This document shows positions 53,568-64,000 of a stretch of DNA of 64,000 nt, piece after piece. The translations under genes and the position numbers were made by a program. The notes beneath the pieces were generated by a model. The model was given only the letters and a program-made list of their open reading frames with translations, had not been told where the DNA came from and did not search any database. Numbering within the stretch: the first letter of the stretch is position 1; each line of letters opens with the position of its first letter. The DNA comes from an uncultured Verrucomicrobiota bacterium (GTDB lineage: Bacteria; Verrucomicrobiota; Verrucomicrobiia; Verrucomicrobiales; Akkermansiaceae): assembly GCA_937867415.1 (NCBI GenBank), contig CALMKO010000055.1:2534-66533 (forward strand), in the 5' to 3' direction.

Positions 53568-56369
53568 ATGGCAACTAAAAAGAAGGCTGCTAAACCCGCA
53601 GCTAAACAAAGCAAGAAAACGGCAACGAAGTCCGTTTCTAACAAAAAAGTAAAATACGTTTACAGCTGGGGAGCTGGCAAGGCTGACGGCAACGGCAGCA
53701 TGAAGGCCCTCCTCGGTGGCAAAGGCGCCAACCTCGCTGAAATGACCCGTATCGGTCTGCCGGTGCCTCCGGGATTCACGATCTCCACCGAGGTCTGCAC
53801 CTTCTTCTACGATAACAAGCGTACCTACCCCGTTTCACTCCAGGCGGAAATGGAAGCCGGCGTGAAAAACATGGAAAAAATCATGGGTAGCAAGTTTGGT
53901 GATGCCAAAGGAATGCCGCTCCTAGTTGCCGTTCGCTCGGGCGCACGTGACTCCATGCCGGGAATGATGGATACCATTCTCAACCTCGGCCTCAACGATC
54001 AGACCGTTCTTTCGCTGGCTGCCGCCACCAACAACGAGCGCTTCGCCTGGGATTGCTACCGCCGCTTCGTCCAGATGTACGGCGACGTCGTACTCGGCGT
54101 GCAGAAAAAAGAAGGTGAGGACCACGAACCATTCGAAGTTGCGATCGAAACGTTCAAACACGAAAAATACGGCAAGGACATCGTCGATTCCGACCTCACG
54201 GCGGATGACCAGAAGGAACTCGTCAAGCGCTTCAAGGCACTCGTCAAAAAGCGGACCGGCCACAGCTTCCCCGCCGATCCATGGGACCAGCTCCGCGGTG
54301 CCGCAGGTGCCGTTTTCGGTTCCTGGATGAATGATCGCGCGATCGTCTATCGCCGCAAATACAACATCCCCGCCGCATGGGGCACCGCTGTCAACGTGCA
54401 GGCCATGGTCTATGGCAACACCGGCGAAACATCAGGCTCGGGCGTTGCCTTCACCCGCGACCCTGCCAACGGCAAAAACGAATTCTGGGGAGAATACCTC
54501 ATCAACGCCCAGGGCGAAGACGTCGTCGCCGGCGTCCGCACTCCGGAAAACGTCTCCACCCTCAAGGCCGCGCTTCCCAAGCCATACGCCGAGCTGATGA
54601 AGGTCCGCAAGATCCTGGAAAGCCACTTCAAGGACGTGCAGGACATCGAGTTCACCGTTCAGGAAGGCAAGCTCTTCATGCTGCAAACCCGCAACGGCAA
54701 GCGCACCGCCGCTGCTTCACTCAAGTTCTCCATGGACATGGTGAAGGAAAAACTCATCGACTGGGAAACCGCCGTCCTGCGCAACCCTGCCGAGCAGTTG
54801 GAGCAACTCCTCGCGCCGATCTTCGACCTCGCGGATGTCGCGAAGGCCAAGACGCTCGCCACCGGCCTTCCCGCCGGTCCGGGGGCGGCTTCCGGGAAAA
54901 TCTATCTGAATGCCGACCGCGCCGTGCTCGCCGAAGCACGCGGCGAGAAGGTTCTGTTGGTCCGCACTGAGACCAGCCCGGAAGATCTCCGTGGCATGAT
55001 CGCTGCGGAAGGCATCCTCACCTCCAAGGGCGGTGTCTCTTCCCACGCCGCTCTCGTTGCCCGCCAAATGGGCAAGGTCTGCGTCTGCGGAGCGGGCGGT
55101 GTCGATATCAACTACGACAAGCTCACTGTCACCGCCGCCGGCAAGGTGTTCAAGGAAGGCGATTACATGAGCATCGACGGCACCAGCGGCAAGGTCTTCG
55201 GCGGAGAGCTGAAAACCGCGCCTTCGGAAATCATCTCCGGCATCGTCAGCGGTGACAAGAAGGCGATGGCCACTGAGAAGTTCAAGGGCTTCATCCAGCT
55301 CATGAAATGGTGTGAACAAGCCACCCGCATGTCCGTCCGCACCAATGCGGACACCCCGGAGCAAACCCGCATCGCTCTGGCCTTCGGCGCCAAGGGCATC
55401 GGCCTCACCCGGACCGAGCACATGTTCTTCGAAGGTGATCGCATCGACGCGATGCGCGAGATGATTCTCGCCACCACGCTCGAGGCCCGTAAGACCGCCC
55501 TTGCAAAACTCCTGCCTTATCAGCGCGAGGATTTCACCGGCATCTTCACCACCCTCAAGGGACTCCCGGCAACCATCCGCCTGCTTGACCCACCACTTCA
55601 CGAGTTCCTTCCTCACAGCAAGGAGCAGCAAATGGACCTCGCGAAGAAACTCGGCGTCAAGGTGGAGACCATCATCCAGCGCGTGGCCGACCTTCACGAG
55701 TTCAACCCGATGCTCGGTCACCGCGGTTGCCGCCTCGGTATCGCCTATCCGGAAATCACCGAGATGCAGGCCCGTGCCATCTTCGAAGCTGCCGCAGACG
55801 TGGCCAAGAAGAAGATCAAGGTGAAACCCGAGGTCATGATCCCGCTTGTCGGCTTCAAGAAGGAGTTCGATCTTCAGGCGGAAATCGTCCACAGCGTCGC
55901 CAAACAGGTGATGGCTGAGAAAAAGGTGAAGTTCGAGTATCAAGTCGGAACCATGATCGAAGTCCCACGCGGTGCCCTCACTGCCGACCAGATCGCGGAG
56001 AACGCCGAGTTCTTCAGCTTCGGCACCAACGACCTCACCCAGACCGCGCTCGGCATCAGCCGTGACGACATGGGCGCGTTCCTGCTGCCTTATGTGGAAA
56101 ACGACGTGTTCGCCAAGAACCCGTTCGCCACACTCGACACCGTCGGCGTTGGCCAGCTCATCGAAACCGCTGTCGCCAAGGGCCGCAAGACCCGTCCGGA
56201 CATCAAGCTCGGCATCTGCGGCGAACACGGTGGTGACCCTGACTCGGTGGTGTTCTGCCACAATGTCGGGCTCGCCTACGTGTCCTGCTCGCCCTATCGC
56301 GTGCCGGTCGCCCGCCTCGCCGCCGCCCAGGCCGCGATCCTGGAAAAGCGTGCTGCGAAGAAGAAATAA
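53568..56369 (+). CDS. ppdK: Pyruvate, phosphate dikinase
   Basis: [38 protein letters not shown] phospho-His motif, [26 protein letters not shown]. Confidence 0.97.
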   Translation: MATKKKAAKPAAKQSKKTATKSVSNKKVKYVYSWGAGKADGNGSMKALLGGKGANLAEMTRIGLPVPPGFTISTEVCTFFYDNKRTYPVSLQAEMEAGVKNMEKIMGSKFGDAKGMPLLVAVRSGARDSMPGMMDTILNLGLNDQTVLSLAAATNNERFAWDCYRRFVQMYGDVVLGVQKKEGEDHEPFEVAIETFKHEKYGKDIVDSDLTADDQKELVKRFKALVKKRTGHSFPADPWDQLRGAAGAVFGSWMNDRAIVYRRKYNIPAAWGTAVNVQAMVYGNTGETSGSGVAFTRDPANGKNEFWGEYLINAQGEDVVAGVRTPENVSTLKAALPKPYAELMKVRKILESHFKDVQDIEFTVQEGKLFMLQTRNGKRTAAASLKFSMDMVKEKLIDWETAVLRNPAEQLEQLLAPIFDLADVAKAKTLATGLPAGPGAASGKIYLNADRAVLAEARGEKVLLVRTETSPEDLRGMIAAEGILTSKGGVSSHAALVARQMGKVCVCGAGGVDINYDKLTVTAAGKVFKEGDYMSIDGTSGKVFGGELKTAPSEIISGIVSGDKKAMATEKFKGFIQLMKWCEQATRMSVRTNADTPEQTRIALAFGAKGIGLTRTEHMFFEGDRIDAMREMILATTLEARKTALAKLLPYQREDFTGIFTTLKGLPATIRLLDPPLHEFLPHSKEQQMDLAKKLGVKVETIIQRVADLHEFNPMLGHRGCRLGIAYPEITEMQARAIFEAAADVAKKKIKVKPEVMIPLVGFKKEFDLQAEIVHSVAKQVMAEKKVKFEYQVGTMIEVPRGALTADQIAENAEFFSFGTNDLTQTALGISRDDMGAFLLPYVENDVFAKNPFATLDTVGVGQLIETAVAKGRKTRPDIKLGICGEHGGDPDSVVFCHNVGLAYVSCSPYRVPVARLAAAQAAILEKRAAKKK

Positions 56370-56406
56370 TCCACTGAGACGGTTTCTAACTGTCCCATGA
56401 TCCACC

Positions 56407-56439
56407 AAGCCGCTCCGGGAAACCGGAGCGGCTTTATTT
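56407..56439 (+). terminator. Intrinsic terminator between convergent ppdK and rimK
   Basis: AAGCCGCTCCGG-GAAA-CCGGAGCGGCTT perfect 12-bp stem, followed by TATTT. Confidence 0.85.
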
Positions 56440-57330
56440 ATCCGTGGACTTGGATGGCTTCACGGCCGTCCGCTCGATGAACTCGATGATCATTCCCGCC
56501 ACGTCTTTTTTGGAGGACTGTTCGATCCCTTCGAGGCCTGGGGAGGAGTTTACTTCCATCACCACCGGGCCATGGTTGGAGCGCAGCAGATCCACCCCGG
56601 CGACATTGAGCCCCATCGCCTTGGCGGCGTTGACCGCCACCGCCCGCTCGTCCGAGGAAATTTTCACTTTGGCCGATGAGCCACCGCGATGCAGGTTCGA
56701 GCGGAATTCACCCGGTGCACCCTGGCGCTTCATCGAGGCCACGACTTTTCCACCCACGACCACGCAACGGATGTCCGCGCCTTCCGCTTCTTTGATGAAT
56801 TCCTGGACAAGGATGTTCGCATTGAGGCCCTTGAATGCCTCGATGACCGACTCCGCCGCGTTGGCGGTTTCTGCCAGGACGACACCCACGCCCTGGGTGC
56901 CTTCTAACAATTTGATCACCAGGGGCGCGCCCCCACACATCTTGATCAGTTCACCGGTGGCTTCCGTGTGGTGGGCGAAGCCTGTCACCGGCAGGCCGAT
57001 GCCGCGTTTTGCGAGAATTTGCAGCGACCGCAGCTTGTCCCGCGAGCGCGCGATGGCCACGGAGTCATTCAGCGAGAAAACATTCATCATCTCGAACTGC
57101 CGGACCACGGCGTTGCCATAAAACGTGTGGCGCGCAGCGATTCGTGGGATCACGGCGTCGGCGACCAGTTCTTCACCATCCACATAAATCCGCGGCTTGC
57201 GGGAAGTGATGTTCATGTAGCAGCGCAGGTAATCCACGACCCGGACTTCATGCCCGCGTGCCTCGGCGGCAGTCACTAGGGCGTTGGTGCTGTAAAGTTT
57301 GGCGTTGCGGGAGAGAACGAGAATTTTCAT
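56434..57330 (-). CDS. rimK: RimK-family alpha-L-glutamate ligase (ATP-grasp)
   Basis: [66 protein letters not shown]. Confidence 0.93.
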   Translation of the reverse strand: MKILVLSRNAKLYSTNALVTAAEARGHEVRVVDYLRCYMNITSRKPRIYVDGEELVADAVIPRIAARHTFYGNAVVRQFEMMNVFSLNDSVAIARSRDKLRSLQILAKRGIGLPVTGFAHHTEATGELIKMCGGAPLVIKLLEGTQGVGVVLAETANAAESVIEAFKGLNANILVQEFIKEAEGADIRCVVVGGKVVASMKRQGAPGEFRSNLHRGGSSAKVKISSDERAVAVNAAKAMGLNVAGVDLLRSNHGPVVMEVNSSPGLEGIEQSSKKDVAGMIIEFIERTAVKPSKSTDK

Positions 57331-58385
57331 GCGGCGGAGGTCAGCGGGTAATGAAGCAGAAAGTGCGCCTGTCTCCAATAGTTCCCGAGCTTGGCGGTCA
57401 ACCCTAAAACAGTCGCGGAAGCGTAACAAATTGGTGATCAAAATAGAGGCAACCAACCGCAGTGAACATACCACCCAGCTTCAATGGGAAGAGGATTTTT
57501 TGGCCTCCCAGATTCAATGCCAAAGTCAGACAAGCTTCTTGAAAAAACGGTCCACAACAAAGGCGGCTTGGCTTCTCCTGTATTCGTCAGAACCTTTCAA
57601 CTCATGGTCCAACCACTTCATGGGCTGGCTGGCCAACCCGCATCTGCATACCCGGCAGATTGAAGCCATGCAGATGATGCCGTAACCAGGAGAAGCGAAA
57701 CTTGATTGATGATGGCTTTGAATGATGGATGGATCCTGCGCTTCCCCAGCAAACCCAATTTCGGAATTGAACCTCACAAGCCAACCGATGTGTTCTGCTT
57801 TGAGTCAGTCTAGCAAATTGGCTGCCAGCTTCATGATCCACTCTGGAAGGTTGCATTCTTGATTGTATGGGTGGCTAGATTACTCTCTCGAAACGATTTG
57901 TGGGAGGCTCTTTTCGGCTTAAGGGCGTCCATTTTGGCTGCCTAGGTCAACTCCCAGCAAAAAACAGTATCCTCTGCGCCGCTCAGGGAGTCTGCGGATG
58001 CGCTAAGGGACACCCGCCGCATTTTCGAGGCGTCCTCAGCACAGCCTGTGGAGTTCTATTGGAACTCCGGGGAGTCGTAACAACTGTCAGGCGCTGGAAC
58101 CCGAAGAACTACCAGTTGATCTGGCGGATGACAATGGAGCTGCTGTGAGCCCAGCAGGGCTTTTGGCGTGCCTCAGGTCATAAAGAGCTAGAGGATCTGG
58201 CCTCCGGGCTCGGGCGTGGTAGAGCGTTCGGAACTCGCAAGTGCCATCAGATTCTCCTATCGAATAGCCATCAGTCAGCTTGCTGAGATTCGAGTGATTT
58301 AACGGAAACCCGATTTTTCGCCCGACTTTTAGCGTGACCCAGCGAAGATCAAGGGTCACTTTTCCGGCGCACCAATCAAACGACC

Positions 58386-59777
58386 ATGGGAAATTTTTCT
58401 GCTTTTGAATCCAAAATGACCTCAGCCGGGATGGGCGACGCTGCGATCCGCGCTTTCCGCCGCAACTACGAGGCTTTGCTCCGCCAGGAAACAGGCATGA
58501 TTCCAGAAGACACGATTTCGCCTGCCACGGGCTTGACCTCCTTTGATGAGATCGCCGCCGCAACAAGCGACGATCAGAAACTGTTGACCCAGGCCGTGGT
58601 CATCAAACTCAATGGCGGACTCGGAACCGGCATGGGCCTCCAAGGACCGAAGAGCCTTCTGGCCGTGCGGGACGGAGTGACCTTCCTCGACCTGATGGTG
58701 CGCCAGATCCTCAGCCTGCGCAAAACCAGCGGGGCAAACGTGCGCCTTTTGCTGATGAACAGCTTCAGCACCAGCGGCGATACTCTCGCTCATCTGGAAA
58801 GATACCGCGCGGCCGGCCTGGCGGATGCTTCGGAAGTCGAGTTGATGCAGAACCAGATTCCGAAAATCGACGCTGCCACCCTGCTTCCCGTCGAGTGGCC
58901 TGCGGACCCGGATCACGAATGGTGCCCGCCAGGTCACGGCGACCTTTATCCCGCCTTGGTGGGCAGCGGGTGGTTGGATCGCCTGCTCGCAGAAGGGGTG
59001 AAATATGCCTTCGTTTCCAATTCCGACAACCTCGGTGCGATTCTCGACCCCGCCATTTTGCGCCACTTTGCCGATTCCGGGGCTCCTTTCCTCATGGAAG
59101 TCACGCGACGCACCGCTGCCGACCGAAAAGGTGGCCATCTCGCGCTCCGCAAATCCGATGACCGCCTCCTCCTTCGCGAGGTCGCCCAGTGCCCTGAGGA
59201 AAATCTCGCTGAATTTCAAGACATCGAGCGCCATCGTTATTTCAATACCAACAGCCTCTGGCTTCGCCTCGATCTCCTCAAGGAACAACTCGCCGCCGAC
59301 TCCGGAGTGCTCCCGCTTCCGATGATTCGGAACAACAAAACCGTGGATCCGCGCGATAAGAAATCTCCCGCTGTCATCCAGTTGGAAATCGCCATGGGGG
59401 CTGCCATCGAGTGTTTCCAAGGCTCGGCAGCGCTTGACGTGCCGCGCAGCCGCTTCGCCCCCGTGAAAACCACGGCGGACCTGTTAGCCCTGCGCTCGGA
59501 TGCCTATGAGGTGCTTGACGACGGCCAGGTGCGCCTCGCCGCCGAGCGTCACGGCGTGCCTCCTAACATTGTTCTTTCTGACGATTACAAGTTGGTTGAT
59601 CAACTCGAGCCTCTCGGGGTGCCCAGTTTGATCAAGTGCGTATCCTTGAAGATTTCCGGCCCGGTGCACTTTGCGGACGGCGTCGTCATCGAGGGTGAGG
59701 TGGAGGTTCGCAACGCGGCCGGGGACCGAAGGATCCTCCCTGCGGGTCACTACCGTGACCAGATCATTGAGCTTTGA
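58386..59777 (+). CDS. UTP--glucose-1-phosphate uridylyltransferase, UDPGP (eukaryote-like) family
   Basis: KLNGGLGTGMGLQGPKS, LMNSFST, WCPPGHGD, FVSNSDNLGA, KGGHL, FNTNSLW, RFAPVKTTADL. Confidence 0.92.
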   Translation: MGNFSAFESKMTSAGMGDAAIRAFRRNYEALLRQETGMIPEDTISPATGLTSFDEIAAATSDDQKLLTQAVVIKLNGGLGTGMGLQGPKSLLAVRDGVTFLDLMVRQILSLRKTSGANVRLLLMNSFSTSGDTLAHLERYRAAGLADASEVELMQNQIPKIDAATLLPVEWPADPDHEWCPPGHGDLYPALVGSGWLDRLLAEGVKYAFVSNSDNLGAILDPAILRHFADSGAPFLMEVTRRTAADRKGGHLALRKSDDRLLLREVAQCPEENLAEFQDIERHRYFNTNSLWLRLDLLKEQLAADSGVLPLPMIRNNKTVDPRDKKSPAVIQLEIAMGAAIECFQGSAALDVPRSRFAPVKTTADLLALRSDAYEVLDDGQVRLAAERHGVPPNIVLSDDYKLVDQLEPLGVPSLIKCVSLKISGPVHFADGVVIEGEVEVRNAAGDRRILPAGHYRDQIIEL

Positions 59778-59878
59778 CCCGGGTATCCGCAAATCTGGCG
59801 GACTAGAATCAGAGAATTTGCACTTGTTACCGTAAGGTTTGCGAAGCGCTTTCTTCGTAATTCGGTTTGATTCTGGGC

Positions 59879-60049
59879 GTGGACGTTCTCGCCCTTACCA
59901 TCCTCATCAGCAGCTGCTTGGCTGGGATCTTTGTCTGCTGTTTTGCAGCGGAATATCGACGATCACGTCATAAAAGCCTGGAGCGCGACTCGCTGCTCCC
60001 GCTCAACGACGTGCCGGTCGGGGTGAAACGAAACACAAAATCGCACTAA
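59879..60049 (+). CDS. ccoS: Small membrane protein, probable cbb3 oxidase maturation factor (CcoS-like)
   Basis: Single N-terminal TM; 15 bp upstream of ccoN. Start GTG 59879 or TTG 59867. Confidence 0.5.
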   Translation: MDVLALTILISSCLAGIFVCCFAAEYRRSRHKSLERDSLLPLNDVPVGVKRNTKSH

Positions 60050-60064
60050 ATTCTTCAACGATCT

Positions 60065-62557
60065 ATGTCCACCACCACAACCATTACTTACGACGACCGC
60101 AGCGTCCGCCGCTTCATGATTGCCTCCATCGGCTGGGGAATCATCGGCATGTTAGTCGGCGTCATCGCGGCCACCCAGCTTTCCTGGTGGCAGATGAACG
60201 GGAAATTTCTGGAGGCGATCACCTTCGGGCTGTTCAAGGCGGAGGGACTTTCCTACATTACCTTCGGGCGGATCAGGCCTCTCCATACCAATGCGGTGAT
60301 CTTCGCCTTCGTGGGGAACATGGCCTTCGCGGGTATCTATTATTCCACCCAGCGCCTGTGTAAAACGCGGATGGCCTCGGACTGGCTGTCTGGCATTCAT
60401 TTCTGGGGCTGGCAGGCGATCATTCTCGGTGCGGCCCTGACACTTCCGGCGGGGCTGACTCGCGGAAAGGAGTATGCCGAACTCATTTGGCCGCTCAACA
60501 TCGGCGTCGTGGTGATCTGGGTGGTTTTCGGAGCTAATTTTTTCTGGACGCTGGCAAAGCGAAACGAGCGGGCGCTCTATGTCTCACTCTGGTTCTATAT
60601 CGCCACCATCGTGACGATCGCGATGCTTTACATCGTCAACCACCTGTCGATCCCGACCTCATGGGGGCATTCTTATCCCATCTTCGGCGGGGTCCAGGAT
60701 GGACTGGTGCAGTGGTGGTATGGACACAATGCGGTCGCCTTCTTCCTCACGACCCCGATTCTCGGGATCATGTATTACTTCGTTCCCAAGGCGGCGGATC
60801 GTCCGGTGTATTCCTACCGGCTTTCGATCATCCATTTCTGGGCGCTCGTGTTCATTTATATCTGGGCCGGGCCTCACCACCTGCTCAACACCTCCTTGCC
60901 CAAGTGGCTCCAATATCTGGGGATGTTGTTTTCCCTGATGCTTTGGGCACCATCCTGGGCCGGGATGCTCAATGGTCTTCTCACGCTGCGCGGGGCATGG
61001 GACAAGCTTCGCACCGAACCGGTCCTCAAGTTCTTCGCCGCTGCGGTCACGTTCTACGGGATGGCGACTTTCGAGGGACCCTTGTTGTCGATCCGGGCAG
61101 TGAATGCGCTTTCGCACTACACGGACTGGACGGTGGGGCACGTGCATTCCTCGGCTCTTGGCTGGAACGGTCTGATGGCGGCAGGCATGTTCTATTGGTT
61201 GGCGCCCCGTCTTTGGAAAACCAAGCTCTGGTCGAACTCGATGGCGAACATGCATTTCTGGATCGCCCTGGTCGGCATCCTTCTCTATACCGCCGCCATG
61301 TGGGGAGCGGGTATCATGCAGGGCCTGATGCTTAGCGAGACCAACCCGGGCGGCGCCACTCTCAAATATGAGTTCCTGGAGACTCTCCAGCAAATCAAGA
61401 TTTTCTATATCTTCCGCTCCTTCGGCGGGTTCCTCTTCTTGGTTGGCTACATCCTTTGCGCCGTGAACATCTTCATGACCGCACGCTCCGGAACGGCAGC
61501 GGATACCACTGCAGATGTGGTCCCGCTCGTTGGCGAGAAGAAAGATGGAATGACCTTGGGCGAGACTTTTCGCAATGACTCGGTCACCCATGCCATTCTC
61601 GGACTCGTCTTCATGATTCTCTGGTTCTTCCTCCCGCCTCACGCAGACAAGGCGGCTTTCGTGGTCTCGATCCTCCTCGTAGTCAGGGCGGTCAGGCTCT
61701 TCAAAAAGAATGGCTCGGAGTGGTCAGCCTTCTTTGACCGCCTCATCGAGAACTACCTCCCGTTCACCGTGCTGATCTTCCTGGCGGCAGCCATCGGTGG
61801 TGCGGTGCAGATCATTCCTTCACTCATCGTCAACAAGGCCATCAATGTGGAGGACCGCTTGCAAGTGGTTTACACCCCTCTTGAGCTTGCCGGTCGGGAT
61901 ATCTATGTGGCGGAAGGTTGTTATAACTGCCACTCGCAGATGATCCGGACTCTTGTCCCGGATGTGATGCGCTATGGCCCTGCGGAAAATCAAGGATACA
62001 GCCGCCTCGGGGAGTCGATCTATGATCATCCCTACCAGTGGGGCTCCAAGCGCACGGGTCCCGACCTTGCGCGGGAAGGCGGGGCATTTGCCAAGGACTC
62101 CGAGATCCTGCGAATCGGTAAGCGTGACAATCTATGGCACTTCAATCACTTCTGGGATCCCCGGCAAACCTCGCCCGGATCCAACATGCCACCTTATCCA
62201 TGGTTGTTCGATACCAAGGCGGACATCAAGAGCCTGCCCACCAAAATCGCCACCCAAGTCCGCCTTGGTGTCCCATGGCCGGCGCTGACCAAGGATGAAA
62301 TCGAACAAAAGGCCCGTGATCAAGGGATGGCGATCGCCGATTCCCTCGTCAAAGCCGGAGCATTCATCGCCACCCAGCCGGATCTTTCCGCAGAGGCGCT
62401 TCGCAACCAACTGGCAGAAAGCAAGGTCGTGGCTCTCATCGCCTACATGCAAAAGGTGGGTGCCTATGAAGAGGTGAAAAATCCACCAAAAAGCGAACCG
62501 CGTCCGCTCGACCCGGATAGCTATCGCCGCACGTCGAAAGCCCAATCCAACCGCTAA
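60065..62557 (+). CDS. ccoN: Fused cbb3-type cytochrome c oxidase subunits I and II (CcoN-CcoO)
   Basis: GRIRPLHTN, WWYGHNAVAF, WAGPHHL, WTVGHVH; CcoO heme motif EGCYNCH and WGSKRTGPDLAR. Confidence 0.96.
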   Translation: MSTTTTITYDDRSVRRFMIASIGWGIIGMLVGVIAATQLSWWQMNGKFLEAITFGLFKAEGLSYITFGRIRPLHTNAVIFAFVGNMAFAGIYYSTQRLCKTRMASDWLSGIHFWGWQAIILGAALTLPAGLTRGKEYAELIWPLNIGVVVIWVVFGANFFWTLAKRNERALYVSLWFYIATIVTIAMLYIVNHLSIPTSWGHSYPIFGGVQDGLVQWWYGHNAVAFFLTTPILGIMYYFVPKAADRPVYSYRLSIIHFWALVFIYIWAGPHHLLNTSLPKWLQYLGMLFSLMLWAPSWAGMLNGLLTLRGAWDKLRTEPVLKFFAAAVTFYGMATFEGPLLSIRAVNALSHYTDWTVGHVHSSALGWNGLMAAGMFYWLAPRLWKTKLWSNSMANMHFWIALVGILLYTAAMWGAGIMQGLMLSETNPGGATLKYEFLETLQQIKIFYIFRSFGGFLFLVGYILCAVNIFMTARSGTAADTTADVVPLVGEKKDGMTLGETFRNDSVTHAILGLVFMILWFFLPPHADKAAFVVSILLVVRAVRLFKKNGSEWSAFFDRLIENYLPFTVLIFLAAAIGGAVQIIPSLIVNKAINVEDRLQVVYTPLELAGRDIYVAEGCYNCHSQMIRTLVPDVMRYGPAENQGYSRLGESIYDHPYQWGSKRTGPDLAREGGAFAKDSEILRIGKRDNLWHFNHFWDPRQTSPGSNMPPYPWLFDTKADIKSLPTKIATQVRLGVPWPALTKDEIEQKARDQGMAIADSLVKAGAFIATQPDLSAEALRNQLAESKVVALIAYMQKVGAYEEVKNPPKSEPRPLDPDSYRRTSKAQSNR

Positions 62558-62561
62558 CACC

Positions 62562-62735
62562 ATGTTCAAAAGAATCATCCTTGAAGAGTGGACCCTCGTG
62601 ATGCCCATCGCTGCCTTCTTTTTCACTGCTGCCGTGTTCGTCTACACCACAGTCAGGGCATTGAAGCTGTCAAAAAATCGTCGTGAGGAGCTGGCGAATC
62701 TCCCGCTGAGCGACTCCGTTTCGAAAACCCCCTGA
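62562..62735 (+). CDS. ccoQ: 57-aa CcoQ-like subunit (below the ORF track cutoff)
   Basis: Hand translation MFKRIILEEWTLVMPIAAFFFTAAVFVYTTVRALKLSKNRREELANLPLSDSVSKTP*: TM plus the A.LPL motif of CcoQ; sits between ccoO and ccoP. Confidence 0.8.
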   Translation: MFKRIILEEWTLVMPIAAFFFTAAVFVYTTVRALKLSKNRREELANLPLSDSVSKTP

Positions 62736-62748
62736 ACCAAACATCATC

Positions 62749-63390
62749 ATGTCCTCTGAACCTGAAATCAAAGTTGCCAACTATGCGGATGGTAAAAACA
62801 AGATCGTCGTTCGTCCTCATGAGTATGATGGAATCCAGGAATACGATCAAACACTCCCCAACTGGTGGCTGTTCATCTTCTTCGCTGCACTGGTGTTTTT
62901 TCCCGTCTGCTGGTTGGGATACTATCAGTTCGGATTGATGCGTCCGGATGGGGAGGTCATCGATGCCAAGATGGCGGAAATCCAAAAAGCCAAAGCCAAG
63001 GAGCTCGATGCGATGCTCGCCAAGCTGGACAACTCGGTCTTTCTCACCAAGTGGGGGAAGGATGAAGAGGTCATCGCCAACGGTCGGGAGTTATATATGG
63101 CAAACTGCACGGCCTGCCATGGTCAGAAGCTCGACGCGAAGATGGACCTTGGAAATGGTCAAATGGTCCCACTTCCCGGCTTGTCCCTCGTGGACGGCGA
63201 GTGGAAGTATGGTAAAGAACCCATGGATTCCTTCAAGTTGATCAACCTCGGCACGCCGCCGGATAGCACCGGGCATAATGGCGCGCGCATGGAGGCTTGG
63301 GGTCAGAAACTACCGCCCATGAAAATTGTGGAACTCGTCGCATTCATCATGAGCGAGAATCAGAAGGAATTCTTTGGTAGCGAAAAGTAA
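62749..63390 (+). CDS. ccoP: cbb3 oxidase subunit III, single-heme form
   Basis: HEYDGIQEYDQTLPNWW N-terminal domain; one heme motif CTACH. Confidence 0.9.
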   Translation: MSSEPEIKVANYADGKNKIVVRPHEYDGIQEYDQTLPNWWLFIFFAALVFFPVCWLGYYQFGLMRPDGEVIDAKMAEIQKAKAKELDAMLAKLDNSVFLTKWGKDEEVIANGRELYMANCTACHGQKLDAKMDLGNGQMVPLPGLSLVDGEWKYGKEPMDSFKLINLGTPPDSTGHNGARMEAWGQKLPPMKIVELVAFIMSENQKEFFGSEK

Positions 63391-63400
63391 ACCAAGCTCC

Positions 63401-64000
63401 GTGTCCGACTTGCCTCATAAAGTAAAGCGTCCCAATCTCGACTCGGTTACGTCGATCAATGACGATGGGTCGCACCACATCCTTCATCCGGCGGATGTCA
63501 AAGGGCGATTCACGTTTGCACGGCGCGTGGTCGCGGGATTGATGATCGCGCTTTATGTGGTGATGCCATGGATTCCGATCAATGGAGCGCCCGCCTTGTT
63601 TTTCGATGTCGAGATGCGGCGCTTTCATGTCTTTGGCATCACAATGGTGACACAGGACATGTGGGTCTTGTTCTTTGCGATCAGCGGGCTCGGCTTCCTG
63701 CTGTTTGTGATCACAGCGGTGCTCGGCCGGATTTGGTGTGGCTGGGCCTGTCCCTATACGGTTTTTCTGGATCATATCTTCCGCAGAATCGAGCGCTGGA
63801 TCGATGGTGATGCCCCGGCACGCCGCAAACTCGCCGCCGCTCCCAATGATTCCAAAAAAGTCGGCAAGCGCATTCTGAAACACAGCTTGTATATTCTCTG
63901 CTCGGCAATGATCGCGCATGTGTTTTTATCCTACTTCATCTCGATTCCGCGGCTCTATACCTTCATGCGGCAGGGGCCCCTCGATCATGCGACGTCATTC
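63401..64000 (+). CDS. ccoG: Cytochrome c oxidase accessory protein CcoG (3' truncated)
   Basis: Hand translation from GTG 63401, open to the window end: HPADVKGRF, GRIWCGWACPYTVF, IERWIDG. Confidence 0.93.
   Translation, partial: MSDLPHKVKRPNLDSVTSINDDGSHHILHPADVKGRFTFARRVVAGLMIALYVVMPWIPINGAPALFFDVEMRRFHVFGITMVTQDMWVLFFAISGLGFLLFVITAVLGRIWCGWACPYTVFLDHIFRRIERWIDGDAPARRKLAAAPNDSKKVGKRILKHSLYILCSAMIAHVFLSYFISIPRLYTFMRQGPLDHATSF

Noticed and set aside
54717-56408. Long alternative-frame ORFs (563 aa antisense to ppdK, 470 aa antisense to the secretin, 430 aa antisense to metH, 409 aa antisense to selO, 353 aa antisense to rho)
   Set aside because: Shadow ORFs from high-GC codon bias, lying opposite well-supported genes and lacking any domain motifs.

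Overview
A ~60% GC window of core chromosome from a Verrucomicrobiota bacterium, most likely Verrucomicrobiales (Luteolibacter/Akkermansia-like). The lineage call rests on a complete Amuc_1102-1098-type pilus/secretin cluster and a fused ccoNO. About 52 protein-coding genes are present; I found no rRNA, intact tRNA, CRISPR array, prophage or intact IS. Most genes are housekeeping: monomeric icd, split metH, class II nrdJ, pdxJ-acpS-hemB, ruvB, selO, guaD-codA, gpgS, cinA, dinG, aroD, ppdK, rimK, a UDPGP-family UGPase and the cbb3 oxidase operon. The most unusual observations are: (1) a tightly coupled four-gene operon (27822-30656) of membrane- or lipid-anchored coiled-coil proteins, three sharing an unnamed ~55-aa beta-rich domain; (2) a stop-free in-frame CoaE-Rho ORF whose Rho has a divergent RNA-binding site; (3) a 660-bp AT-rich intergenic region with DnaA-box 9-mers and repeats, a candidate oriC; (4) a protein with two resolvase-type HTH units and an IS630-like third unit but no catalytic domain, followed by a perfect 24-bp palindrome just before metH; (5) a short GGQ release factor resembling mitochondrial MTRFR/C12orf65. 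Family names come from motif recognition and memory; no database search was run.
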